In this document: positions 50,201-64,000 of the stretch, in pieces
How positions within the stretch are numbered: position 1 is the first letter of the stretch
How the letters are laid out: every line of letters begins with the position of its first letter
Assembly: GCA_040954595.2 (NCBI GenBank)
Contig: CM082578.2
Coordinates: 5,810,831 to 5,874,830, forward strand
Direction: 5' to 3'
Source: Balanoglossus misakiensis
Taxonomy: Eukaryota > Animalia > Hemichordata
DNA length: 64,000 bases
The notes under the pieces: generated by a model
Database searches by the model: none
Told to the model about the DNA's origin: nothing
What the model saw: the letters and a program-made list of their open reading frames with translations, nothing else
Program-made: the position numbers and the translations under genes

Positions 50201-53132
50201 CTCCGATGAGCTGACCACTGGCACAATTCAAAATAAAAATTGAGTATAACCTCAAGGCTTATCTCAATGTTCCTTAACTAATTTATCGTTGAGATACTTA
50301 CTGTACCTTAAGTCACTCAAAGTGCCGTAAAACGGTTGTTTCTATATATGGTTTAATTTTTCATACACGTTCTCAACACATAAGTGTGGTGAATTCCGGA
50401 AGGGTTTGAAAACAATGCTAATGCATTTGCTACATGTATACTGTGAAATGAATGCATCAATAAACGCACCGAAAAGTGATCTGTCCATATCACGTGAGGA
50501 ATTTCAGTCCATATCTGGTTCTGTTAGTGCATGCGAATTGTTTATTGACTGCTTAGGATTGTTTTACTGTGTGTGCGTGTTTTTCATGAGTCAAATGACT
50601 GCTGGACCATCGACATACTAGCAGACATCAGCTGTGATTTTCTTATCTTGTGACAATTAAATCATGGTAGTTTGCGACAAGGAAATGGGGGGAATAACCG
50701 TACAAGCAGTAATAGTGTCCGTCTCTGCTGTCGGACTCTGCTTTGTGTTACAGAGAGTAAATTTAACAGCTTTCTGGTTTGTTATTGTTGTCACGTACAG
50801 TCATATAGCGAGCCGACAATCACAAAGGCTGGGAGATAGCAATTTGATGATGCACATATTCCCCAGGAGCACCACGCATTTAGTCTGTGGGGATTTTATT
50901 ATCTTTTTTGTGGTTATTTGCGTTTTTAAAGGGCATCGTTTTTCTTGATTGCATGCGTTTTACCTGGAATACATCACTGAGAGTTATTTCCTGAATATAA
51001 GTGGACTGAGAAATATGTACATGTATCTCAGTTTTGTACACCGTTTACGACTCTTATTTATTGCACCGCAAATGTCACGCTCCTCAAAAAGTGATTTTCA
51101 TGTTTTCAGGGAATCGTGGAAATTTTACTGTTGTGAGCTGGAGAACTCATTTTGCGGGCAAGTTCATTTCAATTTGGCTCCAACATTATATAAGGCCCGC
51201 ATTCCTTTGTCCCTTTATCAGATTTGTAATTGTTACGTACCGTCTTTGTCTTTGTCTCAGCTTGGACTGAGAACAAGAGGGATGTCTATGACATCACGCG
51301 GGTAATATTTGATATGCTGTAAAGGATTCAATATTTTTCACAATACTCAATTTCTGAATGAAAAGGGTTAGAGCAACGCTGTATATACAAGTTAGTTAAG
51401 TCCTCGAGATGGTCACATATAGAATGGGCCGGACCGGACCGTAGGTCTGGCAATGTCTGGCCAGGCTCTGGTCTTGGCCATTTTACGCAATAACGCCAAG
51501 TCACTTGAACTCTATACACGTTTGCGTCCATGTTGTCTCTTGGTACACCGTGTCCCCATTCCCCGGGAGACATGACGTGGTGGAGAATCTGAATTTCCGG
51601 TATGCGAAGACTGGCATTGGTCGCCTGGAAAATTTAACGGCGTGAGCCATCATTTATTGCTAACAGTGAAACTCGGTTTACTTGTAAATTGTTTATTTCT
51701 AAGCAATGGACGATTATCAGGGTATAGTGAAGTAAACCGTCGCTAAGTGTTACTCGACTTGCATTTATTCAGTACTCTGGAGACGTTCAATCCCAGCCAA
51801 AGTCACAGTCTCATCTCACTGTACAATTGGGATGTGTTTTCCATCTTAAACATCAGTTCACTTAAAGTGGCGCCGCGCGTTACTTTTTTTTCACAGTTCG
51901 CGTGAAAGACAATATGGTACTATATCCCGCACACTAACAATTTGCACCACTGTGCGCTGATGTGTGCTCCAATGAACCCGGAAATTGGAAACTTTTTCAA
52001 CAAACTACATGACTTTTGGCAGTAAATCATGAGAACTTTGAAAACTGATGTGACTTTTTATAACTTAGTGTTTCACTTAAAGCAGGACCTTAGATGGAAA
52101 ATAACCATTTCATTTTGCGTTCTCCTCCTTCATTGGTAACGCTAGAAAGATCATCGAACGTTTATTTGCGTTCAATCACGCCTGAGTATACGATTATATT
52201 AACAAACTATATGTACAAACCTCATTTGAACTTTAAGCGGAGACAATACACACACATTGCCCTACTACGAGGACTTTAACACATATAGCTACCGTGTACG
52301 AACATGGGGATTCTTTCTGACTTTATCGATTTTCAGCAATTCAACCACGCGAACAGTGATGTGTAGTATGCTCAGGATTTATTCGAACTATTTATTCTTA
52401 CTCACGTGTATACATACATCACTGCACCCGTATTGCAATTAGTTTGGCACTTAATAAAGGAGAGAGCGTGCACATGTATCAGCTAACCTTCTTCCAGTTC
52501 CACGATGCACAGAACGCTGTCCATATACACACAATCAAGGCGGTGTCTTGAATACACCTGATGGTATCATACCGATACCCTATCCCTTTATATCTATGAT
52601 GATCCTCGGTTTATCTACGTCGGACAGCGCTCGGTCGTCTGTCACCCATACACTTCCACATTTCACTAGCGAACTGTGCTGCAACTGTCGAGTTTCGAAC
52701 ACCGTCACCAATCAATGTAATCCGCTTGTGCTGCCCTCAAAGCTAAAATGGAAATTTATACCAATACACCCATCCTATGCCGTCTCGCTTTCCCATAATA
52801 TACTGCATGCAGACGTGGAAGTCGTCTTTCAGTCATCCCACAACAGCTGTAACGAAACGCCAGACACGTTTGACGAGTTGCAAAATCAGAGACGGAATGC
52901 AATTATGGTTTGTGCATTCTCTTTATCTTTCATTCAAACTCTGCGACCTGGTGGGAATGTATGGAAGCATAGTTAGAGAGTAGTGTATTTCTTTCTAAGA
53001 AAAATCACTGTGTAATGTTTGTAATGACTGTTTTCCCCATAAGTTTGTCGGCTATATGGTTATACAACTGAGGTTAAGTCTTCCTTTAATGGGTATTGGC
53101 TATAGCATTACAACTTGGTGTTGGAAATCTAA

Positions 53133-53511
53133 GGTATAATTTCTTGAAAACATTTTTTTTGCCTATAGCAGTACCGATATAATTACACATACACATCGGC
53201 AATCTCTACTTCTCCCATTGACATTTGAACTGTGTATATTACCGCTATACTATACCCGTTTAGTGACAGGCTGTAATCTTTTGATTTCCCAGATTGAGTT
53301 TGACGAAATTTCTGACAAAATACTTAGGGTGAATTTCATATTTTCTGCAGCTGAATTAGAGAGTTTGAGACAATTTGGCTCTCCTTCGATATTTTGCACG
53401 TTGACCCCACTTTCTATTCTATGAGAAGAACTATCGTTTCTTATATTCTGCCTTGAAAAATATATATGAGAAACGTGTCCGAAGGCTTTCCTATTCGAGG
53501 CACATAATACC
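53133..53511 (-). mobile_element. Degenerate TTAA-type MITE related to the 40025-40436 element
   Basis: Ends GGTATAAT / ATAATACC with degenerate TTAA-like flanks (CTAA, TTAT). Minus-strand GGGGTCAACGTGC resembles GGGGTCACCGTGC of the 40-kb element at a similar offset. Confidence 0.45.
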
Positions 53512-54715
53512 TTATTAGCAGCGACCTTCAGCAGGTGAAAAAAAACGAGTAGCTGGGTGTCTGATTTGGTGTATCCTTCACCTTTACTGAGTTTTAAAAT
53601 GGCGGACTGAGAGAAAGCGCTGATCCCATCCGTGCTGCTGTCGAAACAAATGCACGCTGGCGGCTTACTTGACAATCAAAGATAGACTCCCGCTATTACC
53701 AAGAGATAAAAATTGTGTATGTCTTATCGTGTAGAAAACGCTGTAAGTCAGCTTATTCATACGGAATGGGGATGAAAGATGGTACACACCACATAAGGAA
53801 ATACCGCCTGCGTGTACCAGAAAAAAAATCAATCATCCGTTATTTTCATAAGTTGGGACTATAGAGCCATGGCAGAGGTTGTCATGGAAAGTAATCTGAT
53901 GCTACACACATACGTGTAGCTTTTAGCGGATGGCATATTACGGCACTGGTAACTGCCTGGCAACCCACTTGGAGAGTAATGACTCATATCATACTGGTCG
54001 TATCATCAGGTAGATATAAAATTATAATAGTAGTCAGTTCTTATATATCATAGCGCGCGTAGTCACAATTGTGCCCCGGGCGCTTTACCCCCGCGTTCTC
54101 ACTCTCGCGTTACCAAGAAGCAAAAAAAGGCCAGTAATAATGGTCGGTCCAAGCGGAAGAGTCAAGGACCAAGTCTCAGCCGGGCTGGGAAAATCACCAG
54201 TGATCACGGTGCCCGTTCGGGCCAGGTTTGGTGTTGTGTATTCGTATGGCTTTTTTTCACTCATTGTCGCATTCAGACAACACGTCACTACATGTACATG
54301 TAAATATCAGGTAGAACTTTATATCACTTTTAAAAAATCACATACACATATGCACCACGAACCTTAAAATATCAAAACACACACGAACATACACATAGTG
54401 AACGAACACCCATAAACAATTTGGTGAAAAGAAATGAAGATAAACAATGGATATTATTCAGTGTCCAACGGGCTGTTGCCGAAGAAAATAAAAAACATCA
54501 GGTAAATTAGGGATGGTTATGTGAAAACACAGAAGGGGTACGACTACCCATTATTCTAAACTGTCTCAATTGTTTAGCCTTCTCATGTCCGCAAACCGAT
54601 AGAAAACTAAACCACTGCATATAAAAATATCTACAATAGGTAAATTAAGCATTTTATTATATCATGCTGCTATCCGCCTTTCTGATTGGACGAGAGCTCA
54701 ATCGAGTGAGGCTAA

Positions 54716-55357
54716 AATTAAGCAATAAAACACCCCCAGCCATGGTATACCACGAGATTTTGACCAGTTCACGACATATACGCACGAGCGATAGCGAGTG
54801 CATATATGGAGTTGAACTGGTCAAAATCGAGTGGTATACCACGGCTGGGGGTGTTTTATTGCTATTATATTATGCCAGTATATTGAAACTTTGCATAAAA
54901 CATTTTAAAAAGGCACTTTCTTTGACTGTGATATATGACTGTGGTATATGGCTAATATATCACGATCACATGTCGTGTCTCGACCAATCAAATAGCGTGA
55001 TTTACACCATCAATATACTGGTATAATATAATTAAGCAATAAAGCACCCCCAGCCATGGTATACCACGAGATTTTGACCAGTTCACGACATATACGCACG
55101 AGCGATAGCGAGTGCGTATATGGAGTTGAACTGGTCAAAATCGAGTGGTATACCATGGCTGGGGGTGTTTTATTGCTATTATATTATGCCAGTATATTGA
55201 AACTTTGCATAAAACATTTTAAAAAGGCATTTTCTTTGACTATGAGTTTTGCGTGCATTATGACTGTGGTATATGGCGAATATATCACGGTCACGTGTCG
55301 TGTCTCGACCAATCAAATAGCGTGATTTACACCATCAATATACTGGTATAATATAAT
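54716..55357. mobile_element. Head-to-tail dimer (314-bp period) of a long-hairpin non-autonomous element, Crypton-like by architecture
   Basis: Units start AATTAAGCAATAAA at 54716 and 55030. Each has a near-perfect palindrome of about 143 nt (54721-54863) and ends TCTCGACCAATCAAATAGCGTGATTTACACCATCAATATACTGGTATAAT. No TIR or TSD at the unit ends. Confidence 0.75.
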
Positions 55358-57955
55358 ACTCAATATAGCACTGCAAAAAAAAAAAAAAAAACTGGCTCCC
55401 TGAACTAAAATCAAATGTTAATGCGGAAACTTATAAAGGGTGGGGGAGGGGGCATATAGACAACAGATGAAATGTATATATACGAAGGGTTAAACCAAAT
55501 AAATAAAAAAATAACTTTTGAATTTATCGAAATTTTATCTTTATCTGTATCACTTTTCCGATGCCTGTCTTGTCTCTATTTGTCGCCTGCTACACGTTTA
55601 AAGTTCGATCCCGGGCACTCGTGTTTACGCGCATCGACGCGACTTTTATTCAATTCGTCACTTATTTTTTCACCGAAGAAAATGACAGTGATATGCCACA
55701 CAATCAATTTTCGATATAATATGATGGCAATACCGCCCCCGCAGTCTCGTAAGCATCGATTTGGGTATACACTTCGCCAAATCGGACGGATTATTGCTTT
55801 GGTTAATATTAAATGCAGCATTTGTGTCACAAAAAGTATGTTGGATGAACATGGGCTGGTTATATTAATTCAATTCTTTAAACTTTAAAATAACGTACTT
55901 TGCAACTATATTTCCAACAATGATATTAAACGCATCAATTGTGGCGGGCTTTTCATTAACTTTAAAAATGTTAGATCCGAGAAAAACTTCCCGCGTGCAC
56001 GTTATCTTGGGTGATACATAATAAACCCAAATAGCAATCTGGTAATAAATGCTATAAACCACTTTTTAAGAGTAAACTGTCTCTAATCGAAAGGACACCT
56101 ACCTTCTTGTACGGGTCATCTTATAATCCACCTACTGCCTGCATCGTGAATTCGATGGAAAAATGCCCGAAGGGACAGACTCTCTGTTTTCAATCAACAG
56201 TCGGTTGCATTCTCCAGTCAAGCCAACTTGTAACACTGATGGAAAAAAAGAACTTCAAATTGACAAAATTACAGAGACTATCAAAGTGCAACTGACGCTC
56301 AAAAATCACCCAGCGCACTTAATGGGAACTATGGAAAATGATCTGAGTAGAAGCTAGGCGGATGTCGATTACTTTTAGCCCATAGCAGAGGTTGTTGAAA
56401 GATCTGAAACTGCTGCAGCTTTCAAGCTATATTCAGTTCTTTTTCTTGATACTCTACTAAAATTACTATTGTCATCAATCCGATTACAATATGAATATTT
56501 GTGCTTGTCACAATAGTGTAAGAACTCCGCCCCAAGCCGACGGTGATTTTGATATGGAACTGTTATACGACATTTATTTTGCACCCCGCCCCTCCCCTTC
56601 GCACACACGTCGTCAATTATGTTTCAATTAGTCGAAGTACCCTCAATCAGAAGGAGTACAAGAAATATCACCGCACAAAAACGCTTCTAATTCTGTATAC
56701 AAACTATGACGATTTGGGCGACGAGAGGTTAAAATCACAACAGAAACTGTGACAGTTATGGCGATGAAATCTGTGTTGGGAATAATATTTACTAGTAATT
56801 GGCACTACCCATCCTTTAAGTCACAAACCGAGGAAGACACATTTTTGTCAATTTTGAAATCGTGTTACTTTTTTGGTGTGAAAATGGAAACCAATACTGA
56901 TGTAATATCACGTTTGCTCCTTCTTTATTATACACTCTAACATTTCTTTCGCATTAAAGTACATGCACAGACTGAAAGAGTTAGTATGGATGCTCCGTGG
57001 TGTCCCACACAGTGCTTGGTTAACAAACTTACAAACGAAGCGACAGGCAGTCCCAATCCCAAGTTGTTCACCTTTGATGGCAGAATTTTTGTAGTCAAAT
57101 GATTGCAAATATACAGAGCCCATTTCATCACTCGCAGTTTTTTGAGCTTTGTTCAAATAGATCATCGGTTGATGGTCTCATAAATGAACTATTTATTATT
57201 CAGGAATTGTTGCGCAGTGCCAAAGCAAATGCGAGTCATTCTCCCGCAATTACAGAACACCGTGTTTCTCACGGCAGCAATTGTCTTCTAATAGCATTTG
57301 CAACTGGGACATTTCCACTGGGATGGCTTTGAAATAAGCTGCCTCTAATGCTAATTACATGCAATCAGTTCGTACAATAAACGGTTCACTGACATCCGAG
57401 AGCCTTAAAATTGGCTTCTACTTAAAAATATCTTTCAAAACACCAAAAGCTCTTTCTTGAAATTTGCTTCGACCTTTTTGACTGACCTGTACGTCATATA
57501 AGAAAGGGAGGATGCTACGACTGCACAGTTGGGAACGAATTGTCTGCAATATCCAGTCAAACTAGCAACATGATTTTACTTCTGTCACATTTATCAGGAT
57601 TTTTGGCAATGCCAATTACTCGTATTTCGTCAGATACTGTCATTAAGACTTGGGCCTTTGCCTTCACCAGATACTGCTGTATTATTGAACAGGTTCCTTC
57701 AAATTCGACGAAAGTTGAAAATCAATGCAGACTCTTGGACCCCACCACCCGTGAAGATAACTCTTGCATATTTAGCGATGTCACAAGGGATGTCACAGAG
57801 AGGTCACGACCTTCTGTCAAATTCCCGCAATGTCACACGGGCATGTATGCATGGGTAGCCCCGTTTTCGTTCCAGTGGACATTTGAAATATAACTTACCT
57901 CTGAAATTAAAGCTGGAGCTGTGCATGGGTAATGTCCCGGTCAGAAGGTAACTAC

Positions 57956-58209
57956 GAGCTTCGTGGAGCAGCGTTCGGCACGCTAAACAACTCTCGTCCT
58001 CCGTGTTCGAGTCGAGTTTCCTACCCCTTTCTGTTCACGTATCTTTCTCAACACGCACTGCTTCAAATGCGCAATTGGGGTGGGGGGCGCCTCTTTGTCT
58101 ACTAAATTGTGACATTGTTACACTTTCAGAAATAACGTGTCGCTAGAATCAAAGAAATACGGTGTTTCTAGTTTGGCGTTTGTTGCCGCTATTTTGAATT
58201 CTGTGGTAA
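57956..58209 (+). mobile_element. Dispersed repeat of about 250 bp (possibly tRNA-derived SINE), copy 2
   Basis: Inverted copy of 45293-45535. The 5' part has A-box-like TGGAGCAGCG (57964) and B-box-like GTTCGAGTC (about 58006). Confidence 0.7.
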
Positions 58210-61200
58210 GTATAGCTGCGTTATCATAACAAACAGACAACAACATGCATGTTTTGGTGTTACTGCGTACAGTCAGACGTCCATTCGTGACGTTTTGACA
58301 TATCCCGAATTTAGTAGCATCATCATCGGTGCTGTATTCAAATTTTAGGAAGATTGTGACATCGGCGTTGTTAATAAAATATACTTTCTTACCTTTATGT
58401 AAATCAAGAAACATTTGGCCGACCGCCGACAGCGAGCATGCTCGCGCATACACTGCCGGTCTTTATTAGAAAAGCTACTCCCGTCGGTTTGATCGTCGCC
58501 GCAAGCTTGATCTCATTTTTGACTGCGATGTTTCCGATGCAAAATAGTGCGATTTCTGTTTTTGCTGGGCTACAACTGACCTAGGAGTGCGATACGATCG
58601 CATGTTCAAATGTGCCGATCGTTATTTTGTAACTGATAAATAGAGCTCCCAGGAAAGGCGACCATTCCACGCAGATACGTATACATCTACTTGAGGTGAT
58701 CTTCAAATGTGTGTTTCTCTTTCGTGTCGGTATATTGAACAAACATGACCTAAAACGGTACTGACAGCACACATTTCTAAATTCTCAGCTACTGACTAAG
58801 TATTTTCGACGAATAACAGTATGCTTTTGAGGCAAGATTTTTCCCGCCCCCATGTTTGGAAAAACTTTGTTTACTGTCCACTGGCGTTGACTTATTTACA
58901 TGGTTGTGAACGTATAGGCGTATCTCTATATTTACGCTTTTACTAGTGTATAGCATATATTCCCTGCTTCACACTAGACGCCGTGATTACGAAGGCGTTT
59001 TGGGGCATCCAGAATCCCACGTCTTGTCGAAAGGATATGCTCAATTCCAGGCCTTCAAAATTTAATTAAATCTATCATGTGAAGTTATGTCCCTCTTCAT
59101 AAGGGGGGGGGGGGGGTAGAACTTAGGAGTAAAAACAGACACCTAGACTACCACCCACGTGCTGAAGAATTATACAATCAATCCAGAATGAGTTCTTTGT
59201 GATTAAAAAATCAATTTCCATACAGGGCTGAGACGTGGCATTCAGTAAATCAATTACAGCTCCCAACGGCGTCACAGCTAAATGCAACTATCTTAATGGT
59301 GGTTGGGAAGGGAATGGTATTTTCGCCCTGCTACTGCATCACTTTCCCCCCGTTGGTGAGACCCGACGATTAATGTCACTAAGTGTCGATCGGTGTGTTG
59401 TCGCGGTGGATACAAAAGTGATTGCTTCATTAAATTGGATTATATTAAAGTCTTTTCTCACCCAACTGTACTGACAGTGTGGAAATTGTTTCCAGCTGAG
59501 TGTTGTAAACGTAAAAAAATGTTGAAGGGTATTGGTTATTGTGTGTATAACTGCCAGCTTTGTATTGATTACGGTCGCTTTCATATTACAAACAGAGTGA
59601 GATGGGATAATGTTACCAATGATAGGTTGCACCCATAGGTTGTGTGCTTTATATCTCCCTTTCTGCGACAATGACCAATATGCAAGAAAATAACCGGTTG
59701 CATATCAGTTGACTCATGATAACCGCTGCATAAGGAGTCTCATGGGGTGGAGAAAAAAAATAGTTTCCATGCATCGTAAGGTCGTCGCTTATTGTCGGCA
59801 CCGAACACTGACGACTTGCCTTTCTTCCAGATGGAGGAGCGCGTTAGCATAAGCTTGATCTTAGTCCGGGAGATTTGTACTCGGCTTACAGTACACGCTG
59901 GCAGTTTCATAGATCGGCACTGACTGGCGTCGACGGACTTTCAAGTCATGCATCAGGTATATCTGACAGGGCACACGTTTTGACGTTATTAGTATTAGTA
60001 TCGCTGCAGTGGAAATCAGGAATAAGACCAGTTAAATGCTCGGGTACCTAAGTTCAAGGCCAGGACATGGAACGCTAAATTTCACCAGTACTTTGCTTCT
60101 CATTGCTTCTCCATAGCGTATTGCCGTTTTTATCGACACCTTCGCCATCTTTGATCCATTGCCACGTGTTTTTGTTACTTATTTAGGTGTTTGATTATGT
60201 ATATGTATTTCGCTGTAATAAAAAATGCTTCAAACATAAAATCTAGTAATGTAAATGTTAGTCGCCAACAGAATAATTTTGTACTCAACAGTCACCGTGG
60301 GGAATTTTACTGAAGAAATAAACGAATATCAATGGCCACAGTTGTTACAGTATGTGCGTGAAAAGTACTATCGTAAAAGTAATATCGGGTCGAAAAAAGT
60401 TGTGTTCGAATAAACTAGAACGCGAAGTGACAAAATGACACCCATTTCAAAGACATTTGTTAAACAAGAACTTGTCTTATTCGGCCCTAAGCCCCTTATA
60501 ATGAACAGCGTACGTGTTCATTGCAAAAATTAACGATAATCGTTTTCCGCAACATTGCTAAAAGACATGTCATTTGGGACACCAGCGCAGCGGCCGCTGT
60601 ACCAGCCAACACATTCCCATCACATGTGACATGCGGTATGCTTGCTCGATATCTTTGAGCGCACGTTTTTCTGTGCATTCAGATAAGCAAAACTTCCTTT
60701 TCTCTCACATACTCACATACTGTCAACCCTGTTTTTGAATCGACCTGGCTGCATCACCCTATATAGATTTACCATCATGGCTAATCTGGCGGCGACTGAT
60801 ATGTGTCACACTATCAGTTCTTGTCAGACCCCTCACTTTAATGGGACCACATACTTCACTAAGTCGTTCATTATCTGTACATTGGCGTAGCAGATGTTCC
60901 CCTATGCAAATACTAAGCTAGAAAAAAGGGGTCACGTTGCAGATTAGCAGGGGTTTATAGAAAGGAGCATAGCCACCATAGATCAAGAACAAAATGTAAC
61001 GCTATGGCTGTTTTTTTATTTATTGTTTTATTTTTACACATCTTTGTGCACATTTTCAGAAATGACAATAAGTCATTACACGTCATTTGTTCATTTTAAC
61101 ATTATCGTTTCTGACATTAAAATTAACAATTTGGTGGATGATACCTCAATTAGCTGGATTGCATATAATGCGGAGAATCTGTCTTGTATTGACGTCGAAC

Positions 61201-64000
61201 CGATTAAGCTTAAAGGGTGACCGCTTTCATTATATCCCTTTCTCATTGTTTCGGGAATACATAAAAAAGAAATAATATTCCTTGAGGCAGCAAATGATTG
61301 AAATTCAGATAATTGATATAATTGATATACTTCAGTACATGCATCTGGAGGGGCTGATTTTAGAACAGTTTGAAAATAAATTTCGTGATAATTCCACAAG
61401 AAACTATACTACGATAATTGTATGTCCCACCGAGTTACAAGACGGAACTTCAACTGTGTCGCGTTTCAACCGACTCTCGAATGTGTATTAAAGCATCTTC
61501 AAGCTATCGAGCATGGCCACATGGGCTTTATTATATCAGAGGCTTTGGGCAAGCAATCCGATGAGGCAGGTCGAAAAGGTTCAGTAAAACGTAAACACGG
61601 TGCTTTATATGCACTTGGGACTTGGTGTCGCATATTTCATTCACAATTTGTGACAGAAAATGCATTGTGATAACGTGCAGAGTCCTCGGGCAAACCCCAT
61701 CGCTCTGCGCTAATATACGGATTTTCATGATACCTGTTATACAGTCACTGAAGTAAAAACGGATGTACACAGATCCCACTTTTTTATAAATGCTTTAATA
61801 AATATGTAAATAGGCTGTTCATGTGAGTAATCGCTCTCAAGTCAATGATTTATGATACACTCTCTTCATTCAAATAGCCTACTACAACTCAATAATGATT
61901 TTACAAAGCGAGACAAAATTTACCCCAGTCTTTTTAGAATGAACAAAAAGAAAAATCGAGTCCGGATATTCTGCCGACTGTCGCTATGGAAACTGCTGAA
62001 CTATTCTTAGCGCTCGTGGCAACGATAAGCGCATGCGTTTTTAAGTACTTGTAAAACTTAACTTAATATGCGAATATCACTGATCCTGCCATTTCGGGCT
62101 CGATTAAATACTTATGCGACAGCCGCGTTCTATTAACCACTGAATAAATGAGCCTAACTGCTAAATTTCACCGTGGCGCATGTTGTTTTCTAACCTCTAG
62201 TAAATGAAATCTCAGAATAAAACTGCTTATATCGAAGCCTGCAACTCGTCATTTCTCTTATTAGACACGCGCATGTTTAATTAATAAACTCACAAAAAGG
62301 TCCGATCCATCTGGAGATCAGTACAGAAGCAAAACAATCCACACTCGAGGTCACCCAGTCCGCCCGTACTACCTGCGACCAAATGTTCTATCTAATGATT
62401 TACATATACTATAGATCTTGCGCGGTCTAAGTATTGTCTGATTCCCTGATCCTAATTCTGCCGCTGCGCGCACGATAAGGGTCAGGTACATGTTCATGTA
62501 TGTGCCATTCTATCCATGGCTATCACTGGCCATTGTAACGACGTTCTGATTGGTTTATATATATTTCTATGTGTGGGGTTATTGAAAATTTAACACAATG
62601 AAGAAAATACGTCATCGATATGAAACAAATCATAGAACTGGCCTATCGTTAGAAAAGTCTGACAAGCTTGGATTGTTTCCACGGTGACATTAGTCTCGCA
62701 TTCTTGGTAGTGACGTCATACAACGGGCGGCCATTTTACATGAACCTCAAATCCAGCAGGTAATATGACGACTTGGGCGTACATGTACAGGACCATATTC
62801 ATTAGTGACCACAGCCCGGTCAGCTTACTGTCGCCACGTCTGTTGGTGCCCTCTTCCTGATGATTATACATGTACCGCGAACGTAGCCTAGCATGTCCTA
62901 TTTTCATCGATTCTTATATGGAGTTCATTTCCTCCTGTCTGCCGGCCACAAATCACAGGAATAAACTGTCGTCAAACCAATGGAAATAAAACTTTGTGGG
63001 GTATATACTGGATTCAAACGAAAATAAAACTTTGCAATTTCATTGATTGTGTTAATAGTCCTTAACATTCGTTGCCCGGTTATTTGAATCATTCGGCAAT
63101 TGCAATTTGGACGGTTTAACGGGTACGCTTTCGTTTTTTGAATGGGGTCGTAAACGGTTGAACACAAATTACCAGACGCTCATTTCATTTTATACCTGAC
63201 AGGTAAACACGTTTTATATGCCCGCTCATCAGTAAATTCAACACATCACAACTCATTCGCTTCAATCTCGGTCCCTGAATGAGGTTAGGCGTTTTACAAC
63301 GCAAACAATCAAACAGATAAGACTTTAGTTTACCTACACGGAGACGAAAACATCCCTAACTTCGATCGGGTACTTATATATTGACTTGTGTCGCGTTGAA
63401 AGTGTTTTCAGTGGCGCGGTTGCTTTGCTCAACCAGTCAAGATGTCAATAACATTATACATGTACTTCGCCGAGGGTAATTACGTGAGATAATCGACCAG
63501 TATATTGCTCTAAGCGACACAGGGCTCTAGAGTTTGGTTAACTTCCATTGTTAAATAGTAGGCAATCTAGTCAGTAGGCCGAGAGAGAAATGCAAGTTAT
63601 AACCTTTTGGTGGTTATGTCTGCCACTCAGTTTCTGGAATGTGCGTGACTAATGGTGATTTCTGAATACAGATGTTTCAGTGGCAGTTTCACAGAGGAAG
63701 ACATGCAATCGTTGTCAAGACTGCACTATAAAAAGCTGCATCATTAGTTTACTTCTCAGAATGTAAAATCAGAATTGACATTCTATATAACGCCATGTTC
63801 GTATAATGCAATAAATGGGCTTATATTAGCAACCAAAAATCTTCGGTCCGAACAATTAGAGTCGTTTCATGTTCAAGCGAGGGCAGGAATTCGGCGGTTC
63901 ATGCCAATGTTGAAAAACAAGCAATGCCCAGGGTGAAAGACGTCACTAGGCAATTGTATACGTTGACACAAGCGGACGGTTGTCAATGAGCCTTTCACGT

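Noticed and set aside
52548-53675. 142-aa (+) and 141-aa (-) ORFs
   Set aside because: Non-ATG starts, no motifs or codon bias; the second runs through a degenerate MITE.
54657-55325. Duplicated ORFs on both strands (MVYHEILTSS.../MVYHSILTSS...)
   Set aside because: By-products of the palindromic tandem repeat.
61558-61585. CCGATGAGGCAGGTCGAAA, like a minimal hammerhead core
   Set aside because: Core has C instead of U at a conserved position, stem II is not viable, and the flanking helices are missing.
63727-63760. TATAAAAA with an Inr-like TCAG about 30 nt downstream
   Set aside because: No downstream ORF or exon in the window; such motifs occur by chance in AT-rich DNA.

Overview
Gene-poor, AT-rich eukaryotic genomic DNA, probably from a marine invertebrate such as an echinoderm, hemichordate or amphioxus (inferred from repeat style and receptor type, not proven). 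There is no prokaryotic operon, CRISPR array, rRNA or intact tRNA. The only convincing protein-coding gene is an intronless class A (rhodopsin-like) GPCR at 4173-5144 (+) with atypical extracellular features. The rest is non-coding DNA carrying many small mobile-element relics: TTAA-flanked Kolobok/T2-like MITEs, a TAA-flanked Harbinger-like MITE, a 5'-truncated L2/CR1-group LINE with a 7-bp TSD, a head-to-tail dimer of a long-hairpin element, an inverted pair of a SINE-like repeat, local duplications and microsatellites. The most striking structure is a three-level nest of Helentron-type non-autonomous elements (HINE-like) at 31369-35310, each inserted at the same site inside a relative. TACATGTA is also strongly over-represented and may be a transposon excision footprint. 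Almost all other ORFs in the supplied track look spurious.
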